From Magallana gigas (Eukaryota), in the NCBI RefSeq assembly GCF_963853765.1, contig NC_088859.1, forward strand, positions 12,090,001 to 12,154,000: DNA of 64,000 bases, read 5' to 3'. Below, piece by piece: positions 1-8,612 of this stretch. The notes beneath the pieces were generated by a model. The model was not told where the DNA came from. It saw only the letters and a list, made by a program, of their open reading frames with translations, and did no database searches. Both the position numbers and the translations under genes were made by a program. The stretch's first letter is position 1. Each line of letters opens with the position of its first letter.

Positions 1-263
1 TTTCGTTTCCATATAAAATTTTTAAAAATTGGTTTGTACATTTGAGGTTCGATCCCGGTGGCTTTGGGTTTGGGTGCCGCGCTCAGGCTGTATTGACTAT
101 TCGGTGTTCAATTTGTATCGCGTTTTATATAAGTAACGGTTACCTTAGGAGTTAATATTAGAGCTGGGAACTATTTTCTTGTAATGAGTTATTCGGTTCT
201 TGTGGTATTTAAACCCAGGACCAAGGCTCTATTGCCATTCGACAACTTAGCTACGACCACTTA
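1..263 (+). repeat. Split direct repeat A1
   Basis: Matches 4722-4986 with about 5-6 small differences; both end in GACCACTTA. Confidence 0.95.
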
Positions 264-274
264 CTTACGTTCAG

Positions 275-1066
275 ATGTCGGACTCGGACACAGTCAGCTC
301 ACGTGGTAGCCCGGACAGACACTCGTTGCACGAGATAAACGGACGCCCCATGTCATCAAGCAACTCTCGCTTTACGGAAGACCTGTCCAATGCAGAAGCT
401 TTTCAGCTATTCTCATGCAAGTTAGACGCTGCCCTGGCCGAAAACAAGAAATCGATTTTGAAAGAATTCGAAGCCAAAACCTCTGCTACACAAGGGAAAG
501 AGAATTCTGTTGACTTCAAACTTGAACACCATAAAGAGAGGTACAATTTTCTAACAGACATTCAATCCGATTTTGAAAAAATTGAGAAACTTATTGATTT
601 CGGTGATATTGCCATTGTTAAAGACGTTATTATGAACTCTGTACTTCGCATTAAAGAGCAGAAAAAAGTTATTAGAATTGCAGACAAATATGGATGGGAC
701 GTGGCCAAAGAATTCAAAGACAACCCAATTACAGAGAATTCAGAAGAAAGCCAGAGGCTCAGACAGGCAGAGGCTAGGGCTAAAAGGAAAAGGTTTGATA
801 AGAAAGGTTTAAGTAATCCTTTTCGTGGCGATAGCAAATTCGTTCAACCTAGATATGCTCCCTACCCCAGGTTCCAGTTCAACTCTGCAGGCTGGAACAA
901 CGGAGGTTCGCAATCCGGACCGTACAGAATTCAACCGGATCAGTGTCTATACTGTAACGGATTCGGTCATTGGAGCATCAACTGTCCGCTTAAAAAGAGA
1001 AGTCAGGCCATTGGAAAACCAACATCAACCCAGACCAGTGCATCGGAAGAAAGTCAGAGAACATAA
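275..1066 (+). CDS. DIRS Gag-like protein (263 aa) with CCHC zinc knuckle
   Basis: Open ORF; CLYCNGFGHWSINC = CX2CX4HX4C; overlaps the start of the pol frame as in DIRS elements. Confidence 0.85.
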   Translation: MSDSDTVSSRGSPDRHSLHEINGRPMSSSNSRFTEDLSNAEAFQLFSCKLDAALAENKKSILKEFEAKTSATQGKENSVDFKLEHHKERYNFLTDIQSDFEKIEKLIDFGDIAIVKDVIMNSVLRIKEQKKVIRIADKYGWDVAKEFKDNPITENSEESQRLRQAEARAKRKRFDKKGLSNPFRGDSKFVQPRYAPYPRFQFNSAGWNNGGSQSGPYRIQPDQCLYCNGFGHWSINCPLKKRSQAIGKPTSTQTSASEESQRT

Positions 1067-3032
1067 ACTGGTAAATGAAAACTTGACTTATAAACATGAA
1101 TTTCTAGATGTTGTAAAGTTTAGAAATACAGAAAATGTCAAAGGCAATTTAGCAAAACATTTGTCGTTCTGGAAAGAAAAATTGTGCGCCGAACAATACA
1201 TTATTGATACTATCCAGTTTGGTTATTGTATTCCTTTTGAGTTTTTTTCCAGATTCTGTTTATCTTCAAAACAACAAGTCTTCTCTTGACAGCGAAGACT
1301 TTGTAGACTGCGAAATTGAGAGTTTATTGAGTAAAAAAGTTATAATTAAATGTAAAAGTGTTCCATCAATTGTCAATCCTCTTTCTGTCGCTACAAATTC
1401 TCATGGCAAGAAAAGACTTATTTTAGATCTTAGGCATGTAAACAAATGTGTGTCCAAAAACAAATTCAAGTTAGAAGGCATTAATTCCGCTATTAAATAT
1501 TGTAATGGAAATGATTTTATGTTCAAGTTTGATCTCAAGAGTGGTTATCATCATTTGGACATTAATCCTTCCCACTTTCAGTACCTCAGTTTTTGTTGGA
1601 AAAATGTATATTACTCTTTTACAGTTCTTCCGTTTGGCCTGAGTTCAGCTCCGTTTATCTTTACGCAATTGTTCAAGCCTTTGCTCAAATATTGGAGATC
1701 ACAGGGTCATAAAATTGTCATTTATCTGGATGATGGGTTAGGATTGTCAACAGATTACAGTTCTTGTAAAGTAATGTCTTCAGCTATACAAGTAGATTTA
1801 AAATTAGCAGGGTTCTTAGTTAACGAAGAAAAGAGTATTTGGGAACCGAGTCAGTCAATGGATTGGTTGGGTTTTTCTTGGGATACAGTGCAAGGTATGC
1901 TTTTTATTCCCCAATCAAAAAAAAGGATAAATTTTTGACAAAGATTTCTAAAGCTATTTCATCCAAATCAATTACGAGAAGGGAAATCGCTAGTATAGCT
2001 GGAAACATTATTTCTTTTCAACAGTCTTTAGGAAACATATGTTCTATTATGTCAAGATTTATGCACATGGTTATTGCAAATTCATTGTCATGGGACGATC
2101 ATGTTATTTTGAACGCTGAAATTGTAAATGAATTCAATTTTTGGTTGCATAATTGAAATTCTCTGTCTTCTCAATGTTTCTTTAGAGAAAAGTTTATTCC
2201 ACAAAGGATTGTATATACGGACGCTAGTAAGCATGCAGCTGCTGGTTACATTGTAGAATGCGCAGACAGCATAGTGCATAGAATGTGGACTTCTGAAGAA
2301 TCGGCCAAAAGTTCTACCTGGAGGGAAATGAAAGCTGTTGAAACTACTTTATTATCGTCTGCAGATAAGATAAGCAACAGAACTGTAAAGGTTTATACCG
2401 ACAATCAAAACGTAGTTAAAATTGTAAAATCAGGAAGCATGAAAAAAGATCTCCACGATATTGCCTGTAAAATTTTCTTCTTTTGTATTAAGAATCATAT
2501 AACATTAGAGGTAGAATGGATTCCTAGAGATCAAAACAATGAAGCTGATTGTTATAGCAAAATTTTTGATTTTGACGATTGGTCTGTTTCAGATGTTGTT
2601 TTTAATTTTTTTAGTCAAAAGTGGGGACCTTTTGATATAGATCTTTTTGCAGATTGTAAAAACAATAAGGTAAATAAGTTCTTTAGCAAATTTTGGACGC
2701 CAGGTACTTCAGGGGTCGACGCATTTGCTTTTGATTGGAAGCTGTATAATTCTTGGATTGTTCCACCTGTTCATTTGATAGCAGATACTATAAGACATCT
2801 AGAATTATGCACAGCGCAAGGTACGTTAGTTGTTCCAAAATGGACATCGGCTCATTTTTGGCCTCTGTTGGTTAACGCTGATGGAAAATTTAAAACATTT
2901 GTTATTGACTATGTGGAATATGTCAAACCAAGAATTTTTTTCATCGCAGGATCACATAAAGAAAATGCGTTTGCTGAAGTTAAATTTTTATCGAATGTTT
3001 TAGTTCTGAACATTAATTTCAAATCTATTTAA
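825..3032 (+). pseudogene. DIRS pol (RT - RNase H - DNA adenine methyltransferase-like), disrupted
   Basis: ORFs 825-1289, 1204-1938, 1839-2156 and 2274-3032 join into one protein. Frameshift in T7 run 1242-1248, frameshift in A8 run 1917-1924, in-frame TGA at 2154-2156. Motifs: FDLKSGYHH, LPFGLSSAP, YLDD, TDAS, WREM, TDNQ, DLFA...WIVPPV. Confidence 0.9.
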
Positions 3033-3192
3033 CATTATAGTTTCGGATTTACAAACTTCTACTTACTAACAATTGCATGCATAGAAGTAAGAACTGACTA
3101 TGTTCTAGAGTTTGTTTAAATTTTGAAATTTAGCCTGTCGGCCTAAATTTGACTGTACTTGTGACATTTAGTGCACGGCGGAGAGCCACACG

Positions 3193-3195
<3 letters not shown>

Positions 3196-3261
<66 letters not shown>
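3196..3261. repeat. (AT)n microsatellite
   Basis: About 33 perfect AT units. Confidence 0.98.
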
Positions 3262-3265
<4 letters not shown>

Positions 3266-3280
3266 TGAATGTGTAGTACA

Positions 3281-3429
3281 GGCTGAGAGTCTGTTTATGT
3301 TATGTGCGGCTGAGAGCCAGATTGTTTGTTTTTTACGGCTGAGAGCCTGATTTCTGTTGAGTTGGCTGAGAGTCATCTTTTGTATGTAATGTATGGCTGA
3401 GAGCCTGTACATAATTTGGGCTGATAGCC
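3281..3429 (+). repeat. Array of six 11-bp palindromic motifs GGCT-GAG-AGCC with unique 13-20 bp T-rich spacers
   Basis: Copies start at 3281, 3308, 3337, 3364, 3395, 3419; degenerate extra copy at 3177 (GGCGGAGAGCC). Confidence 0.9.
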
Positions 3430-3527
3430 TTGAGATTAATCACGTATATTTTATAACATTGATTATCATTCGAGTTATTTATTAGTTAATAAATTGTTAA
3501 ATTGACTTTTGAATTTTATTATTTCAG

Positions 3528-4538
3528 ATATTCAACCATTCACATTGGGCCGAATTGCGAAATCATGGAGAGGGCGACATGGCAGCGCTGGTTAGAAACA
3601 TACCACGTTTAATCAATGCTTCTAAATCCAATGCAACCTTGCGTAAATATAAGTCTTATTTTTCGAAATTTGAAAGTTGGTGTTCTATAAACAAGTTATC
3701 ATCTTTACCAGCTACGCCTGCTACTGTTTCTCTCTTCATTTCGCATCTTGTTCAGTGTAAATCCTCTTCATCAGTTCTTAGTTCCGTGTTTTACGCAGTG
3801 CAGTGGTATCACGATAAAAATCTGTTTCCAAATCCATGTTCGGACAAACTTGTTAAACTTACTTTTGAAGGAGCCTTGCGCACTCTTTCTAAAACTTCGA
3901 TAAACAAAAAACAACCCATTACTTCTAATATCATATCAAAAGTTTTTAGTGCTAAGACCAATGTTGCTGATTTATCTCATCTACGAACTAGATTGTTGTT
4001 TGTTCTTGGTTTTGCCGGATTTTTCAGAGCTGGAGAGTTGTGCAATATTAGAAGATTGGACATCACTTTTTGTGACACTCACATGGAAATAAAAATAAGA
4101 TGTTCCAAGACTGATGTTTACAGAAGGGGTAATATTGTGTATATTACAAAAACCAATTCAAATCTTTGTCCTGTTCAATGTCTTCAAGATTACCTTAGTC
4201 TGGCCGGTATGCAATTAAACTCCGATCTGTTTATATTCAGGTCACTAAGGTACTTTAAAAAGTCGAACACCCATAAACTTGCAAGATCTAACAAATCATT
4301 GTCTTATACTTGCATCAGAGAACTTATTTTGAATGCATTAAAGGAAGTAGGAGAAGATCCCTCGAAGTTTGGAGTTCATTCCTTGAGATCTGGTGGAGCC
4401 ACGGCCGCTGCTAATCTGGATATTCCGAACAGACTGTTTAAAGCGCATGGCAGATGGAGAAGTGAAACGGCAAAAGACGGTTATATTCAGGACAATATTG
4501 AAAAAGTCCTGTCAGTTTCAAAAAATTTGGGTTTATAA
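3528..4538 (+). CDS. DIRS tyrosine recombinase (intact ORF, probably entered by splicing at the acceptor ending 3527)
   Basis: Catalytic set present: R (FFRAGEL), K (SKTD), HSLR, HGRW, Y (DGYI). The frame is open from TTTCAG| at 3527; first ATG at 3579. Confidence 0.92.
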   Translation: MFNHSHWAELRNHGEGDMAALVRNIPRLINASKSNATLRKYKSYFSKFESWCSINKLSSLPATPATVSLFISHLVQCKSSSSVLSSVFYAVQWYHDKNLFPNPCSDKLVKLTFEGALRTLSKTSINKKQPITSNIISKVFSAKTNVADLSHLRTRLLFVLGFAGFFRAGELCNIRRLDITFCDTHMEIKIRCSKTDVYRRGNIVYITKTNSNLCPVQCLQDYLSLAGMQLNSDLFIFRSLRYFKKSNTHKLARSNKSLSYTCIRELILNALKEVGEDPSKFGVHSLRSGGATAAANLDIPNRLFKAHGRWRSETAKDGYIQDNIEKVLSVSKNLGL

Positions 4539-4601
4539 AATTAATATACAATTAAATTTCATATGCAATATTATTTTACTCTTACTGACGTTTGTTCTTC
4601 G

Positions 4602-4712
4602 AATTTGGCTAATGTTGTCACCACCTTCATTATGCGTTTGTTTCGTTTATTTATATGATTATGAACTTGAAATAATTTATGTTCGGCTGAGCGAAGCGAA
4701 AGAGAACATAAA
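4602..4712 (+). repeat. Split direct repeat B1
   Basis: 111 bp, one mismatch to 5982-6092. Confidence 0.95.
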
Positions 4713-4721
4713 TATATTTCT

Positions 4722-4986
4722 TTTCGTTTCCATATAAAATTTTTAAAAATTGGTTTTTTACATTTGAGATTCGATCCCGGTGCCTTTGGGTTTGGGTGCC
4801 GCGCTCAGGCTGTATTGACTATTCGGTGTTCAATTTGTATCGCGTTTTTATATAAGTAACGGTTACCCTAGGAGTTAATATTAGAGCTGGGAACTATTTT
4901 CTTGTAATGAGTTATTCGGTTCTTGTGGTATTTAAACCCAGGACCAAGGCTCTATTGCCATTCGACAACTTAGCTACGACCACTTA
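4722..4986 (+). repeat. Split direct repeat A2
   Basis: Near-identical to 1-263. Confidence 0.95.
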
Positions 4987-5118
4987 GCCGCAAAATTACT
5001 GATGTTTTTCTTTTTTCTCGTTTTTTAAAAGATAGCTGATCTCGATGTCCTGCTTTTGGCAATATCTTTTTAGGATGCAGTACTTTTTGCGGTGGATACT
5101 TTATATTCGGGGCTGGCT

Positions 5119-5930
5119 CACCCCTGCGAATGTTATTGTCATTCAAATTTTAGATCACGTGGTTTTATTTGACCCTTTCAGTTCCGCAGTAAAAATATGC
5201 CTCGTGTTTATAGTCTATTTTAAAGAATCTAGGTACTTGTAGTCAAATATAAATTCTAGAGGTTTATTTATTTTAAACTTTATCTTCATTAATTGGTGGA
5301 TAAAATGTGTTCTAGAAATAAATGTAACAATACAAAAAAGGGGTTTTTTCTGCTGTTGCGACAATTAACATGCGTAATAGAGATCCCCCCTAAGAATTAA
5401 TTTTCGATCCGCGCCTGACCTAGTAATAACATCAATAGTGAAACAGACTGTACTATTTTATGCAGAATGTTCCTTGAAAATGGCTCGATATACTAAGTTT
5501 TTATGCAAAACATTCACCCATTATTTTAAAAAAAACATGGTATTGCACACCACAAACATCAAACATGGCTATGATTTTATTAAGCAGCCCAATGTTTATA
5601 TTATCAACCACTCTTCACGTGGTTTTAACTAACGATAACTCTGTTCTGAATATCATCGTTTAATTTAAAAAACCGCTAGATGGTGAAATAAGACATACAT
5701 CTTAAAAGATGTTGATGTTTTAGCATAAATCCAAGTAGGATATGATAAGAAAATCGACGAGTACTTACGTATTTTGAGAATATTATCCGAACACTTATAC
5801 TTCCGCTCGAAAATTCACAGGAACTGAACAAATCTCGGTGAAGTCTTGTGAACTTTCATTCGAGCACCTCTAGATTTATTACATACTTAACAACGATAAA
5901 GAAAACATTCCGAACACATTCGCAGGGGTG
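5119..5930. mobile_element. Non-autonomous DNA transposon (MITE), 15-bp TIR CACCCCTGCGAATGT, copy 1
   Basis: Perfect 15-bp TIRs; 5-bp flanking duplication TGGCT; a diverged full-length inverted copy lies at 56611-57430. Confidence 0.88.
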
Positions 5931-5981
5931 TGGCTGTTCCATGGATAAAACCAAATTTACTTGTATATAAAAACGATAATA

Positions 5982-6092
5982 AATTTGGCTAATGTTGTCA
6001 CCTCCTTCATTATGCGTTTGTTTCGTTTATTTATATGATTATGAACTTGAAATAATTTATGTTCGGCTGAGCGAAGCGAAAGAGAACATAAA
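5982..6092 (+). repeat. Split direct repeat B2
   Basis: Matches 4602-4712. Confidence 0.95.
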
Positions 6093-8612
6093 ACATGCAA
6101 TATGTTACAAGTAAATGATCTTTGTTCAAAGTTACGTTCACAACACAGATCTACAGGTTGCATTAGCGGATACTAGTTTTACTCAGCTCGTTTCACGTGG
6201 TGGACACATGTGTTTTCGATATGCCGTATAATATTAATTAACATGAATAAAAGTTTCCTTTGTGGTGATCAGCTAAAGGAATTCACATATTGCTCTAACT
6301 GGATTATCATTATGATATTGACCAATAAAGGTAAGTATAACATATGTACACGTAGAAGCGCAATATCATGAAACACTGGTATACAAAACAGTTAAGCTTT
6401 ACTTTCACTTTCTGAAAAGTGATATCCCTTTGTCAGCATACCGTATTGTCATCTTTATTCAAATAAGCTTAATTGTTATCGTTAACTTTCCTATTTCAGG
6501 TGAAAGTTTCTGTCATTTATTTGCAAAAGTTATTTTTTCATTTGTCAGACTTACAATTATTGAATTGACCCCATATTGACCCTGTAACATTTTGTATTAA
6601 ATTTGTGTATTAATTTGATAAGTGTAGAGACATATTATGTTTAAATGAGTTATAATATAACAAGCTTCTTTTTGTTTAAATGAGTTATAATAAGGAGAAG
6701 GGGTCTTGAGCATTACACATCCATAGGATGTGTGGATTATAAATATTTCTAGTGGAAATGAAGGCATGCCTCAGCTTTTTTCCATTAAATCCCCTACCCC
6801 ATCATCACACACCAGTAATAGAAAAAGAGTTAATAAATGTAATTTTCTTTTGATTTGCTCATTCTCTTTTGTCAAGAGATACATGTACATGTGTATGTGT
6901 GAAGATTTATGACTCATGAAAATTTGCATTTTTTCAGGTGGAAGGCTACATCTTCACAACATGTCTGACATCCGTTTCAAACGCCATTGTCTTTCGGGTT
7001 GATAACTTTATGTCGTGGTACAAAATAGCTGTGCGCCGTTTAATAGAACTCTTCTTACAAGGGAGATGATATAGGAAGGAAATCACAAAAAAAACTTTAA
7101 AAATATGTAAATTTTCTTCGAGGTTAAAGCTTTTAACTAACATTAATTATCAGCTGTTTTGTACAGAAAACGTGAGATATATCCCTGTTATCGGCGATTT
7201 ATTCTTGTAAAGTCATCTGCAACATACGATCATAATATCTGAATGATTATCGATAAAGGTACGCAGATACAATATTTTCACTTAAACTACATGTATATAT
7301 GTATGATGAAAAAAAACACATAAGTACCGTATCATCGATTACGATCCCTTGAACTGATCCAAACTTCACAATGTAAAGCATTTGCACTAAAAGACTTGCA
7401 GTGAAAGCTAATATATTTTAATTAAAATAGATATAGCTGGGTAGCAATAGTAGTGGAAGCCGGATTTGCAAGCCAAATGAGAGAACGACAGAATTCTGAA
7501 AAGGAGCATGTTTTTAATTACCACACGTACATTTGTATCACTATGGACATCTTATGTATGTATTAATAGGCGTATAGTTGTTGTTTATAATTGCCATTGT
7601 AAATAAAAAAGTGAAAGGCAATGCAACTACAAACATTTTGTTTTAACCCTTTAACCCCCAGAACTTTTCACAATTTACCAAGATAAAGTTATATAATAAC
7701 AAATTGAATTTAACTTAATACTGGTTATATTTTTAATCAAATAATTATATATGGAATGAAAGACATTTTTTTGCAGATTTTAAATTTGAATACAAAAAGT
7801 CAAATATGCGGTTGCCATGGCAACGTTTTGGGCTTAAAAATAATATTTTTTCATAGATTTTTCATTAAATAGTGGAATATTTTGATACCATATTGAATGA
7901 TAAAATAATATACAGAATATTCTACAGAAAAATACATTGTAAAGTATTATTGAACAGCTGTAATTCTAATCAAAACAATTTGAAACAACTTTTTTTTATG
8001 TTCTCTGCGCAACATTTGGCATTTTCTGATCAAAATAAAAGTAACAACAAACAATTGTAATAAAGTTTCAAAGTGTGTCTTTAGTGACCCGAAAAAGGCA
8101 ATAACAGTCTACAATGTGGTATATAATGTTACCGACGATATATTTTTTTCTAATTATACATTCTTGAAAATGCACAAACAATAGTTACCATAGCAACAAG
8201 ACCACAAGCTTATTAAGGTATCTCAATAAAATTATTTCGTTATGAATACAACAAAATTCAAATGGAAAGAAACGAAGAAGTTTTATCAATTTTTCAAGAA
8301 AATCAATGAATAAAGAATTCAGCTTTGGTAAACAATAGAAATATGAAATACATGTACATAAATTAAAAATGGTTGTCATGGCAACAGTTACCAACACACA
8401 GTGATGAATAGTTTATTTCTTTTCAATAACATATTTAGATTATTTTTTAGATTTAGGTTTTAAAAATACATGGTACACGACAAAATCACATTTTTAAAAA
8501 ATGCAAACCATCTGAGTGGATTAGATAAGTGCTTGGAGCCACCAAATAAAGTAAACGCATATTATTTGAACAAAACATGCAATTATAAACAGACATTTCA
8601 TTATATATAAAC

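Larger units (their letters stand above)
1..6092 (+). mobile_element. PAT-like DIRS (tyrosine-recombinase) retrotransposon with split direct repeats A1-gag-pol-YR-B1-A2-(spacer)-B2; 5' end may lie off-window
   Basis: Gag with CCHC knuckle, RT (YLDD 1723-1734), RNase H (VYTDAS ~2211-2228), adenine-methyltransferase-like domain, tyrosine recombinase. Direct repeats A (1-263 vs 4722-4986) and B (4602-4712 vs 5982-6092). Split direct repeats plus an MT domain fit the PAT-like group (Ngaro elements usually lack MT). Confidence 0.9.

Noticed and set aside
43-59. tRNA T-arm / Pol III B-box (GGTTCGATCCC) in repeat A
   Set aside because: Only 2 stem pairs form, there is no A-box or cloverleaf, and the motif is mutated in A2
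562-837. Antisense ORF over gag and similar shadow ORFs (8628-8825, 8686-8979, 8901-9266, 17840-18040, 34288-34488, 38199-38432)
   Set aside because: Opposite-strand or alternate-frame shadows of real coding exons, with no independent motifs
3194-3412. IYIY-repeat ORFs (also 20149-20451, 20203-20460)
   Set aside because: Translations of (TA)n microsatellites and the N gap
3281-3429. CRISPR array
   Set aside because: Repeats are only 11 bp, spacers are 13-20 bp and uneven, there are no cas genes, and the context is a eukaryotic retroelement. Kept as a non-CRISPR repeat-spacer finding.
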